Source: Vicugna vicugna (Eukaryota). From it: DNA of 37,519 nt. Below the pieces are notes generated by a model. The model was not told the origin of the DNA, did no database searches, and worked only from the letters and a program-made list of their open reading frames with translations. The stretch spans positions 2,790,001 through 2,827,519 of the forward strand of contig MU058444.1 in assembly GCA_013265495.1 (NCBI GenBank), written 5' to 3'. A program made the translations under genes and the position numbers. How positions within the stretch are numbered: position 1 is the stretch's first letter; each line of letters opens with the position of its first letter. Of this stretch, positions 13,166-24,810 are shown piece after piece.

Positions 13166-13558
13166 AGTTAAAAGTTTATAAAAGGTTAACCTTTACAGTG
13201 TTTGCCTTACTCTTGAAAAGATGTAAGAACTCAGCCTGCTCTTTCACCAGGCTTTCCCATCCTGGAGGAGATTCATCTTCTAATTGCTGTTTGGATTTCA
13301 CTGTTTTTGCAACTATACGTCCTTATAGAGTAGGAGTGTTTTGAGATAAATATTTTGGACTCCTTTTCAAAATAACTTACCTACCAGAAACTGCAACCCA
13401 TAGTATAGGGAGTAAGCAAAAATGTCTCGAAAGGTATTTACCATAGTGCTTTAATTTCAGCGTCATTACGTAAACGACACAGGATGTTTCTCTACATCTC
13501 AGTGAGTCTTGTTGGAGTGGAGTCACGTTTATACAGTGTCTGTTCCTTGTCAGTAAAG

Positions 13559-13720
13559 TTTTTTTTTAATAAACTTTTAAAATTATTATTTTTATTTGTT
13601 TATTTTGGGGGGTGATGATTAGGTTCATTTATTTTTTTAATGGAGCTACTGGAGATTGAACCCAGGACCCTGTGCATGCTAAGCACACACTCTACCACTG
13701 AGCTATATATACCCTCCCCC
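13559..13720 (-). mobile_element. tRNA-Ala-derived SINE (Vic-1-like)
   Basis: Reverse complement of SINE head (attgaacccagg..gcatgctaagc..ctctaccactgagcta) with T-rich tail. Confidence 0.9.
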
Positions 13721-14221
13721 TCAGGGAAAATTTTTTTGGTGAGTGTTCACTGTAAAGACTTTGAACTTTGATGTATGTTTTAAATTTTTAGTGATATTGG
13801 AAAAATATTTAGTCGCTATTTCTGCTTTATTTGTAGCTATTAGTTAATGAAAAAAAAAACCCCACAAAAAACCCCCCAAAAGACATAGAGTAGAAGGAGG
13901 GAGCTATGACATGATTGCTTTTGGGCAGTGCCTGGTAGAGTGCATCGGCTGCTTGAGTTTTGCTCCGTGAGTTTTGGGCTACTTGTTTCCTTTAACTAGG
14001 GACCACAGTTTCCACTGTGTTGAGGGGTGGGGCATTTGCCCCCCTTTAAAGGGAGGACTTGAGATACTCAATTCAGTTAGAAGTGGAAAGATGCATGTTT
14101 CCTCGTTGATAGGTCATAGTTACGTATGTAAACTTGAGGGATGCAAGACCAAAAGGGCCAGTGTCTCAGGCAGACTCTTCTAAACCCATGCTGCTATTGG
14201 AAGTATTGAGAGAGGGGAAGC

Positions 14222-14545
14222 TTTCATTCACTCTGCAGTATTTATTGAGTGCCTGCTGCATGCCCTACCACATGCTGTTCTAAGCAGTAGGGGGAAGGTG
14301 TTGGGCACAGCAGAAAAAGTTCCTGCCCTGATGGAACTTACATTTTCATGGGGAGAGAAAGACAGAACACAAGTGAGCGAACCAGTTACTTAATATGACT
14401 TTAGAAAGTGATGAATGTTGAGAGATACCTGTGGGGAGGGGCTGCTCTGCCAGGGGTGGTTAGGGAAGGCCTCAGGCTGGGGGTTACATTTGAGCCAAAT
14501 AACAAACGATATAAAGGAACCTTCAGTGCAAAATTTGGGAATTTT
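14222..14545 (-). mobile_element. L2 3' end
   Basis: ttcattca..tatttattgagtgcctgct..cctgccctgatggaacttacatt, typical antisense L2 terminus. Confidence 0.75.
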
Positions 14546-14998
14546 CACGCCTGAGCTGAGCCTCTAGGTGGCTCACACGCGCAGTGTGGGGCGGCAGTGC
14601 AGGTGTGCTGTCCCGGGTCCTGACCTCAGCGGCTCACGCGGGCTCTTGGGATGCCAGCACCCAGTGCTTGGGCCTGGAGGCTGCTTTCCTTCGGGCAGAG
14701 TGGCAAGTTGGACCAGGCACCTCCAGACTTGCTGTCATCTCTCTTATGCCTGCATCTATGTGGTGTTTATTGTCATTAAAAGGAGAGCTACTAGTCGGCA
14801 AAGTGCAGTATTAATTTTTGTACCCAAATATGTGGCAAAATGCAAGATTTACTCAATGATAGTAATCTTTGAAATGAGATTTATTCAAGAATCAGTGGTC
14901 TGTAATACTTGCCTAAAAATGGCACAAACCTCACATTAGTTAATTCAGTGTGTAGGTATATTCTTAATAATGAAGAGAGATCTTAACAGGTCACCTTT

Positions 14999-15140
14999 GG
15001 CGGGAGGGAGGTATAGCTCAGTGGTAAAAGTGTGTGCTTAGCATGCACGAGGTCCTGGGTTCAATCCCCAGTGCCTCTGTTAAAAATAAATAATTATGTT
15101 TTTATTTATTTTCTTTTATTTATCACCCCCCCACAAAAAG
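14999..15140 (+). mobile_element. tRNA-Ala-derived SINE (Vic-1-like)
   Basis: gtatagctcagtggta..cttagcatgcacgaggtcctgggttcaatcccc plus AT-rich tail. Confidence 0.9.
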
Positions 15141-15599
15141 AGGGTACCTCTCAACAATGAGAAGTAAGGTGCGTGCCAGGCCAGCTTTTATAATGGTTTC
15201 CATGAAGCAGCCCTAACTCAGACACCCCACTTAAGGCTTTGCAGATGTGACATATGATAAATCTTCTTTCTCTTTCATATTTGTTGATTTATGTGTCAAG
15301 GACAGTGTTGTACTTTTTAGCAAAACAAACAACTATGACATATTTGGAAATCAAAGTCTATTTAAACTAGACAAACACTCATTTCAGGTTGTAGAGGAAA
15401 GTCTTTAATGCTGAACATTTGCTATGATTGTATATTGCCTTCTTGGAAGACTGACAGTTGTGACTTATTAGTTTTGATTTAGATTCAGTTTTACTCAAAG
15501 CAGAAATCTGAAAAGCTTTAACGATGAAATGTAGCTGTACATATGCTTTTGTTTTCGTCAGTTAATGGAATTATGCAATTGCGAGTTTTTAGATTTATT

Positions 15600-15770
15600 G
15601 CACATTCAGTAAATATTTATTAAACATCTGTTATGTTGGGACTGTTAGGGAATGCAGTGCCCCTCCTATTCCGGTGGATGTAGTACTAGCTCCCTGGGCT
15701 CAGAGAAAATTCCAGAAGAAATGATGGATCCAGCAGTCCCTAAAGTGAAGTTTGCATTCTGTCAGCAAAA
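15600..15770 (-). mobile_element. L2 3' end fragment
   Basis: cattcagtaaatatttattaaacatctgttatg. Confidence 0.55.
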
Positions 15771-16153
15771 GGTCAGCAGATGGCTTTGGCACTTTGCAGA
15801 GCTTTGAAGTGGCTCGGTTGCCTCATCCCCTTTGCTGTGAAGAGACGTGTGCTCTTTTTGAAAATGCTATTTGTTTTACAAGTTGAAAGCAGAACCTTTG
15901 GAAAACTCCAAATCTTCCTCGAAATAATTATACTCAGAACCTTGACTGTTGTTTTAGGAATTATTCTTCTCAGTTACTCAAACTTGAAAAGAAGTCATCG
16001 GGGTAGGGAGGGGTGGGGACAGAATCAAATCGTTGAGTGTAGGTGTACCAGGAACTAAAGCCCTGATCTGCTCCTGTGTGTCTGGTGGGGTTGGCCCAGC
16101 TGCCTCCTCAGTTATCCTGTGCCGGGTTCCAGCACCCTGGTCCAAGAGAAGGG

Positions 16154-16524
16154 TTTTTTTTTTTTAAATTGAAGTATAGTCAGTTACAGTGTCAATTTCT
16201 GGTGTACAGCATCATGTTTAGTCACACATATAAATACATATATTCATTTTCATCTTCTTTTTTATTGTAGGTTACTACAAGATATTGAATGTAGTTCCCT
16301 GTGCTATCCAGAAAAAATTTTAAATCTGTTTTTATATATAATGATTAACATTGCAAATCTTCAAACTCCTAAGTTTATCCCTTCCCACCCCCTTTCACCT
16401 CGTAACCATAAGATTGTTTACTATGTTTGTGAGTCTGTTTTGTTTTGTAGATGAGTTCATTAGTGTCCTCTTTTTTTCTTTTTTTAGATTCCACATATGA
16501 GTGACATCATATGGTATTTTTCTT
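16154..16524 (-). mobile_element. 5'-truncated LINE-1 3' end with TSD
   Basis: Same family as 6381-7367; TSD tccaagagaagggtttt (16141) / tccaagaggaggatttt (16525). Confidence 0.92.
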
Positions 16525-16559
16525 TCCAAGAGGAGGATTTTGAGAAGCTGTCAGATGAA

Positions 16560-16825
16560 AGGGTTGGTGGGATAACGTTAGCCTGAGGGAATCTTAAGTG
16601 GCTTTAACTAGGGGAGTGGGTAAGTTTTATCCTTAAAATCTCACTCTGGTCTTGGTGTAGAGAATAATTAGGGGAGAGGCAGGAATGGAGGTGGACAGGA
16701 CAGTGACCAGAGATGCTGTGTTTGCAGTTCAGGACGAAGGGAACGAGGGCTGGGTTTGAGAAGGGGGTGTAGTTGAGGATTTCCTGTGTGGGATGAAGAG
16801 ACGTTGAGAAATATTTTGCTGTCAC
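16560..16825 (-). mobile_element. L2 fragment
   Basis: G-rich antisense L2-like sequence (aaaatctcactctggtc..gtgaccagagatgctg..gcagttcagg). Confidence 0.5.
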
Positions 16826-17367
16826 CGAGGTGTTTTTGTTGGCTTGCTTTCACTTAGAAAACATGGGTTGATGACAAATCACGCCGTACAGACTGACAGA
16901 CGCAGCAGAAAAAGCCTAGTTTGTCTGCTCCATCTGTTTTCAGAAAATTGACTTTTGAAATATCTAGATAAGTGATTTTAATCTTTTTAGAGCATAGCTT
17001 TGGTTCTGAGCTATGAAATCTGTTGAACAATGAAAATGACATTTTGTAAGGGGATTTGAATTAGCAGATACGGGGTTTATTAAAGTAATTTGTTTGCAAA
17101 ACCTTGATGACATTTTATATGTCATGAAATACTAAACTTAACGTTTCTTAGGGATACTGAGAATCTTTTGAGCTAAATTTGCAGCAGACTGTCTCACTTT
17201 ATTGTACTTTAAGTTAATAACTGTTCATATGTTTTGACTCACAAAATTGAGAATGTTTCTCCATTATTATTTGATATGATTTAATAAAAATGACTTAATA
17301 TTTGGCATTTTGGTCCACGTTTTTTCATAAATATTACTTTTATTAGATGCTTTAAAAGTGATAGCTT

Positions 17368-17400
17368 GGCACAACATTGTAAACTGACTAACTCAATAAA
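17368..17400 (+). mobile_element. 33-nt LINE-1 3'-terminal insertion with perfect 14-bp TSD
   Basis: acaacattgtaaactgacta..caataaa is the reverse complement of the L1 terminus at about 6403-6433; flanked by aaaagtgatagctt at 17354-17367 and 17401-17414. Confidence 0.88.
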
Positions 17401-17986
17401 AAAAGTGATAGCTTTATTTGCATGATGTTGAATCTTAGGTTTGATGAGTTAATTGATGAATTACTTTTAATTTATAGGATAATTTAAGAGACAGGATACC
17501 CTATACAAAAGCAAAGGATATCCTTCGGTTTGCTTTTTGTCATGAGAAGTTTCTCTTTTGTGAATTGTCAGATGATTTACTGGTAGAATGTAAGAACTAT
17601 GTATTTGACACAATCGACATTAGAAGAAATCTATCGTTAACTTTTGGCGTTTTATTTAGGTTACTTCAAGCTGTCTAATTACTTGGAATGAATGTTTTTA
17701 ATTTCTTTGGTTCAAATTCTTACAGTGTAAGAGAGCTTTCTCGGGAAAAGAGAAATACAGAGCTACATGGACGTATAATTGATATTATTGCAGTAAAGCG
17801 TATCAGAGGCTGGCATTTCTCCGATACACTGTCAACCTGACGCACAGTATTTAGGAATAAGGCCCTGGTCTAACATTTAGTTTCCTAGACTAGTTGGGGG
17901 TCGTATTTGAATATTAAATACTTTGCATCGCCTTGGTGTGTTTATAAGATATTCTTGGTTTCTTTTGGTAACTTGGTTGTCAAAAT

Positions 17987-18008
17987 TGTGTGTATATGTG
18001 TGTGTGTA

Positions 18009-18043
<35 letters not shown>
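17987..18043. repeat. (TG)n microsatellite, interrupted
   Basis: Directly visible TG run. Confidence 0.97.
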
Positions 18044-18046
<3 letters not shown>

Positions 18047-18443
18047 CACTTATGCCAGTTTCACAGTAACTTCATGATAAATGAAAGTCTCTCTCCCCAG
18101 TTTCTTCGTCACCCCTGGATTCAGTGCTACAAGATTGGTTGCTATAAACTTAGAAGTTTTTCAATCTTTATTTGCAAAGATAATTATTTTCATGACTAGA
18201 AGCTTTTTCATGAGCTCACGTGAATTCCTCCCCCTTATTTCTTTGTTTTGCCTCCTTTTCCCTCTAAACTTAGTGACGTGCTCTACAAACCTTGTCTTAG
18301 ATTAAAAAAAAAAACAAAACAGCATCCTTCCATTTCAGGCACGCCCTCTCCTCCTGCTCGCCCGCCCCCATTTTATGTAGTATTCACACGTGCTCAGGAT
18401 TTGACCTTGGCTGTTCTTCCTAACCCCCCCTCTCTGCTTTCAG

Positions 18444-18511
18444 TTAACAGCCAGGTCCTTGCCTGCTGTGCAGTCGGATGAGAGACTCCAGCCGCTGCTC
18501 AACCACCTCAG
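18444..18511 (+). CDS. PRIM2: PRIM2 (DNA primase large subunit p58) internal coding exon, probably exon 8
   Basis: Branch-point-like cCTAAC (18419-18424), pyrimidine tract and CAG acceptor (18441-18443); 68 nt translating as [22 protein letters not shown] plus AG; donor CAG|gtaaaa. The peptide matches my recollection of mammalian PRIM2 (..[34 protein letters not shown]..). Phase 0 in, phase 2 out. Exon number inferred from human. Confidence 0.96.
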
Positions 18512-18879
18512 GTAAAACCAAGGCTCAGCCCCGTCGTGCTGGTAAACCCCCCTGCATTAAAGTGGGTCAGGTAGACTGATGTGCTTATTAAAACTCCTCC
18601 GATTTCTAAAAACTTTACAGAGTTTTTCTTTGCTTTAATTCTGTCATTTCAGTTTGAGTTCTTAGTACGATACGCTTGTTACTCTTGACTTTATGGTACT
18701 ACAGAAAGCTCTTTCAATTCAATAAAAGTGTGTAGCGCTGGTTGATAAGCTGAAGTTAAAATGAGGAGCAACGGCTGAACACAGAAAGATCTCGAAGGAA
18801 TGACCTATTACTTAACCACGAGGCTAAGGCCAGCTTTGGGAACCTGCACATATTTTATTGGCGGTAGTAGAAATAAGTT

Positions 18880-19780
18880 ATATTTGTTTTCTAAATACAA
18901 AAATAATATATCCTCATTATTTAAAAAAGCAAACTTAGAAAATACAGGAAAGGGAGATGGAAAACCTTTCATCCTACTCAGAAATACTTCTTTCCTCTGC
19001 GCTGTTCTAAAACTCAGTGTTGAAATTATACTTTTACATAGTTGGCTATTTGTTATTTCAAAATAAACATTATAAGACTTCTGTTATTAAAATCTGTCTA
19101 AAAATATAATTTTTAGTGACTACATGGTATTATCTTATAAGATGTTTTCTTAATATGATATTTTCTTATATGACTATCCTGTGGTGCATTTATCTCCCTT
19201 TGGGGAGCATCTAGACCATTTCTTATTCTTTTCACTAGTGTGAAAAATGCTGTATTTTTTATCATTTCCTTAGCAGAGGTTTTCAGAAATGGAATCACTT
19301 TGTCAAAGCATATGAACCATTTTAAAAGATTTAAATATATTTCTTTTCCAAAAACGTTACTCTACTCATACTTTCATATTGTACAAGATCCCCCATGTTA
19401 CTGTACCCCGAACAAGACGGGGCAGCCAGAACATTGCTGATTTAATAGGTTTATCATAGAGATATTGTTGGTGCCATGTACACTGCACTGATTATTATTA
19501 AGAATGTTTTGAAAACACCTTATTATCCGTTCTGATTTTGGGATGGGATTAGCTATCTGTATTGTTGTCCATTTACTGACAGCATCTCTTGATTTTATTT
19601 GATCGTGTATACTTTAGACATAAAGGATAGTAACTCTTGGTTGTATTTGATAGATTTTTCTTTCCTGAAAGGTTTTTGATAATGCTGCATCATCCAGCAT
19701 ACCTCCATTTTCAAGTTTTATGTAGCCAAGCACCATTACTGTTTTCCTTTATGGTTTCTTTTTATTCTTTTAAAACTCTG
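18880..19780 (-). mobile_element. Ancient LINE-1 (L1ME-like) 3' region
   Basis: atttccttagcagaggttttcagaaatggaatcactttgtcaaagcatatg and neighbouring antisense L1M-like segments. Confidence 0.65.
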
Positions 19781-20941
19781 AATACTGCTTCTCATTTGGA
19801 AGTCAGGGTAGACCTGAATCTCTCACATCCTCTAGTGGCCTTTGTTCCCCGCCTCCCTGCTCCCTCTTCTCCTTCTCCTCTCTTGTACCCCTCCTTTCCA
19901 GAGGGGTATTCCCCCCCAACCCCTCCTGTCCTTGTTTTGTTGGGTAGGAGGCGGGGTCCAGATTAACACTTCCAGAGGGACTGAGTTAACATAAATACTC
20001 AACCTACTTGTTGAATTTCTGAGAGCTTCGTATTCATGAGTCCTATACCTGACCTGAGACTCTCTCTCCAGCAGCCTCTTACCTGTGCCTGACTTGCCCT
20101 CTCTGAAATTTCTCACTCCCTGCTGGAGCGATTCTCTTATTCCTCAGTTGAAAACCACTCTGCCTTCCCCAGCTTCACCCGGGCTCAAGGGAGAAGCCCG
20201 TAGCCTGGCACGTGAGGTCCTTCTGGCGGGACGGAGCCTGGCCTGCCTGCGCCCTGGCGGCGGGTGCCTGGACGTCCTCCCGGCCAGGGCGCCCTGTGCC
20301 TCTGCCCTTGCCGGTGCCTCCCTCCCGCCTGGCCTGCTCCTCTCCCCGCCTCCACTTCTGTCACTTGACCGAATGTGGCTTGTTCTTCAGAACTGAGTCT
20401 ACTTCCTCCTCTGATCCGCCTTCCCTGACCGCTTAGTTCTCTGCGGCCCCTACCCGTCTCAGCCTCCTGTTTTGTGCATGTGCTCCTGTAACACCACGTG
20501 GGCCCCCCCCCCCCATAATACAGAGCCGGTGATACTGCCCTCGCTGGTTTCCTTAATTCTGCTTGAGAGCTTACAGAGTCACCTTCATGAGAGGTATGCA
20601 TTATGCGTTTTGCTGAGTGAAGTGGTGTTTTATACCCATGATATTTTGTTGGGTTTTTTTTCCTGCATGAAGTTTCTATAATTTATAAATCGTATCATGA
20701 CAGTTCTTTTCCCTATAAAACCACTGATTCACAAGACGTGAACCTAAAGGGCTGACCCTCACCCCTAGTCCACGCTTGGTTCTGGGTGATAGTGATGGAT
20801 TCTCCTTCCTCCACCTCCACAGTGTGGTAATTGTCAACGAGAATTTAGATGAACTACCGACATGTTTTTGAGTCCTTGGAGCTTGCACAAACTGTGCACT
20901 CGCTCAGGGCTTTCACTCTCTGTGCAGGTCACTCGTGGCTG

Positions 20942-20954
20942 GTTGCTAGGCAAC
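20942..20954. promoter_or_regulatory. RFX X-box motif
   Basis: GTTGCTAGGCAAC inside inverted repeat ctggttgc-tag-gcaaccag; motif match only. Confidence 0.5.
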
Positions 20955-21714
20955 CAGGGATAGACGCTACATGTGATATGCACCAACTGATGTTGCTTTT
21001 TTTGTTGTTGTTATTAAACCAAATGGTTTCTCATTTTATTACCGTGTCAAAGACATCTGTATACAGGGTGGCAGGTGATGTTTGACACTTCCCATTGTAT
21101 GAAGTAACCTTGTGGAAGCCTTTCAGGTGTATTGAATTGCTTCTTTTGGCTGTCTAAATGTAACGTGTTTCTTTTGCCTTCCTTTTGCTTAGGCCCCAGT
21201 AGAAGAGAATAACACTCTTTGGTTTGAAAGAGTCAAATGATAATCTTGTTAGGGAGAAATAATCATCACTGATTTGCAGGAACTGTATAGTGTAAATCTT
21301 ACCTAGAGGGGCCAGACAATAGGAGGCTGAAACCGAAATCATGACTAGTTCTGATTTTGTTTAATGCCTCTAATGGTCGAAGAGGAATGACGAATGACGA
21401 ATGACATTTTAATTAAATTTGTCAATAAAGCTAATTTAGGGGAGGACACCCAGACCTGTAAGAACTGATGGAGCAATACAGAGAAATCCCCAAGTCATTT
21501 TTACAGGACTGAGGCATTCAGAAAGAATTGGTATGACACTTTGCCAACCTAAGAATTTAGGATATTGCTTAACAGTATATAGCATTCGTAGAAGTGATGT
21601 GTCCAGGTTTTCTTAGTTGAACCTAGTTCTATAGTTAGAAGTTAAATTAACCGCAGGAAAACATTTCATCACAGTTTCTTACAGGAATGCAAGCTTATTT
21701 CTCATCATTAGTAG

Positions 21715-21830
21715 CATCCATCCACTCATCAGTAACTGAGTGCCTTTTATGTGCTTGGAATAAAAAAAAGACACAATTTCTGTTCTCAAGGAATTTACAG
21801 TTTTGATTTCATTTGAGAGATAGGCACTTA
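21715..21830 (-). mobile_element. L2 3' end fragment
   Basis: catccatccactcatc..actgagtgcc..tgttctcaaggaatttacagt. Confidence 0.6.
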
Positions 21831-22099
21831 AACATGTTACAACATTGGTAAACATTTTGAATGGAATTAAACACAAAGTATATAATTTTATTAATCAAAC
21901 CGTGTCCCCCACTGAGTTACTTGCCTTAAGTAATGGGGCCGTGACTTGGTTGTTTTGGATTTCCTGCTCCTTAGCACAGAGGTGGCTCCTGGTGACTACT
22001 CAGATTGGACCGACCTTTAATCTCACTTGGGGCACGACATTGTCATTAACCGGGAAGGAGAATGCAGAAAGACAAGGGGGTTAGGGAGTGAATATAGCT

Positions 22100-22520
22100 A
22101 CTGAGATTGCAGCACGGTGGTTTCAGGTATTTTAAAGTGAGATGCCCATGGAGCACGTGGAGGGAGTGTTTAGTAAGTGGCTGCATATAGACCTGCAGTT
22201 TAAGACTGAGGTTTATATTAGAGATGTTTGCTGGTCACCACTATTTAGGTGGTGGTGAAAATCAGGGGAATGATTGATATCCCTCAGGGAGAGAGTGTGG
22301 AGTGATGAGAAAAGGGGAAATGGCCCTGAAGAGAACCCATAGCACATCGGGGTGTGTGTGCCTGTGATGGGCAGTGATGGAGGTAGAAGATGAGTTAAAA
22401 GAGAAACCAGTAAAAGAACCAAGGGAGGACCTTGAATGAAGCAGGAACACAGCAAGGGATTGTGGGGTCAGAGATGCTGAAGCAGAGAGTTCACAAAGGA
22501 AGGGTGGACACTGTTCACTG
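22100..22520 (-). mobile_element. L2 fragment
   Basis: Antisense L2 RT-like sequence (tgattgatatccctcagggagagagtgtggagtga..). Confidence 0.6.
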
Positions 22521-24534
22521 CCGTGGGACAGTCGGGTCAGAACTGCTTAATGTCAGCTGGGTTAGGCACACGGGGGCCACTGGTGGCCTAGCCTGCACCT
22601 TGCCGTGGTACAGGTTCACGTCTGGTTCCTGAGAGGAGTCGAGGAGGAAGTGAGACACAGTGTGTGTAGGCTGCTGTGGGGGGAGCCGGGAGGGAGCCGG
22701 GGCTGTACCCATGCGCTGCACGTTTGAAGTGAGTGTGTTATTTTCCCCATGCAACTGGAAAGTTGTGCATGTTTATAGGTTAGGGAGGAATGAGGTCGTG
22801 GGAATGTGAGGAAGTAATTGAAGGGGCAGGTATTTACATAGGAGGAGATGAGACCGAGAAACCAAACTGGCGAGTGTACGAATTGCTTTCCCACCTGGCT
22901 TTCGAAAGTTCATACTCAGAACAACCCAGTGAGGACGGCAGATGGTCATTTATCATTCTTCCTATTTTAAAATTTTGGGATGGGGCCTCAGGACGTTCCC
23001 ATTAAATTCCAAAATGCCAGAGGGAGTTTGTGTAAATCATAATTCCTGCTCTCCTCAAACTGCACATCGTTAGGTATGTCATCCAATGGGTTCACGTCTC
23101 AGTGTGACGCTGCTGTCATCCTCACATGTCCCTGTGTTTTCTAGGGTGAATTATATAGTGGACTCATTTCCTAACCGGGAGATGTATGGAGGTCTTGGGG
23201 TATGTTGCTATGGGTGTAGAAGGTTGTTGTAAATACGTATCTTTGCTACCAGGATGGTGGTTCCTGTAGGGTAATATTTACAGAGATGTATTGGACTACA
23301 GCAGGTGTTCATGTTAAAGATGGTTCTTCTTGTTGATTGCGTATCCCTTACAAATGTCAGGAGTAAAGAGGCGAGACCAGAGAGGAAAACTCGCAGCCTG
23401 CTTCCTGCATGTGATGGCTTTAGTTGTGTGAATACGATTTTTTGTCCTTAAAAATAGTGCCTCTCCCCACAGTGTGTGTCTTCCTCTTTGACCTCTCCAT
23501 CTCAAGATATGAATATTGTTCCCATTTAATGTTTTGCTTTTAATTAAGGAATAATTTCAGGAACATGTGTTTGTTACACTGTTTTCCTCATTTTATTAGC
23601 ATACTTCAGCACAACAGTAAAATAGAAATCAAAGATGAGACAAGCTAGCAGAGGGAAGTGTTACCTACAGTGAACACTTGGACTGTGTCACAATAGATGA
23701 ACTTGTAATGCACTCCGAGTTTTTAAGCAGATGTTTACATTGGCCTTTTTTTGAAAATCATTGGGAATAATGAAAGCATCTTCCATCAGTTAGTGCTCTT
23801 ACCAGCGATTACTTTGTGATTTTTCCCCCTCTAATGCAGTTCATTTGGTTGACATGTTCATGTTTTTGTTTATTCCTCTAAAGAACATACTGTATTTTAT
23901 ATCAGAAAGGCGGGCTCTGTAAGAAAGCTTTTCCCAGTATCCATGGTGGACAGTTCTCAGTGTTTTCTTTTTGAACTAGCTCTCGCTTTGAAATCAGAAA
24001 ATCCATGGGCATTCAGGTGGCCCCTGCTGGCAGTCAGCGCTTTCTCGTCGCCTGTTTGCAGGCTCTGGCGTGGCCCTGAGCTGCGCTGACTTCCTTTCCT
24101 ACACGCAGTGCGTAAGCTTTTAGCTCAGTGGTTATTGTGAAGATGCTCCAGGTGCCCTGTAAGCTGTTAATGCACTAGAACTAATGTATTCTTTTCCATT
24201 ATGTAATGTCTTTGGCTTATTATTGTTCACATCTGTATTGAGATTGTTTATGCCTTTTTAGAGATGTGCTTGTCAAGAGTCAGCATTTTATTAAAATCAG
24301 CCCGTGGTGTTAAGGGCGCTATAAAGGACACTCTGTGTACAAAGGAGCTGGCTGATGTGGGCCTTAAGACAGGACGCTTCTGTACTGCTGGGGAAGGAAG
24401 ACCAGTTTATACACACACGTAGCCCCCCACCCCCCGCGGCTCTGCTGGAATGGTTGCTGCAGCTTAATCGAGTGAAGACAGAGGAGGTATCTGTGTGTGG
24501 ATTATGTTACAAGTTTGATGTCATTTTAGTGTTT

Positions 24535-24810
24535 TTTTGATAAAATTTATAGTCACATTATGTAAAATTTGGAAAAATAGAAGAAACGAATCCTGCCTCA
24601 AGACTATAACCACTGCTAGGCTTTTGTTGTAATCTCTGCATATTTTCATGTAATTGTAACTTAAATGGTAGACTTTTAAAACTTTCCTTTTCACTTAATC
24701 TGAAATTGCATTCCATGGTTCTAATTTTAAGTGACTCTATAGTGTTCAGTTGAGGATAGGCATGTCTATTTTGACTTACCATTCCCATTTTATTGGGTAT
24801 TTAAGCTTTT
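24535..24810 (-). mobile_element. Ancient LINE-1 3' fragment
   Basis: cacattatgtaaaatttggaaaaatagaag..attgggtatttaagcttttt, L1ME-like. Confidence 0.45.

Larger units (their letters stand above)
1..18443 (+). other. PRIM2: PRIM2 intron upstream of the exon (partial)
   Basis: No upstream PRIM2 coding sequence recognised; repeat-rich, T-rich + strand; ends in a canonical acceptor. Confidence 0.85.

Noticed and set aside
15007..15079. Possible tRNA-Ala(AGC) gene: acceptor, anticodon and T stems can pair
   Set aside because: D stem is broken; it has the SINE 5' extension and AT-rich tail; seven diverged sister copies lie in the window.
20085..20601. ORFs of 103 and 138 aa
   Set aside because: Low-complexity products of a GC-rich patch.
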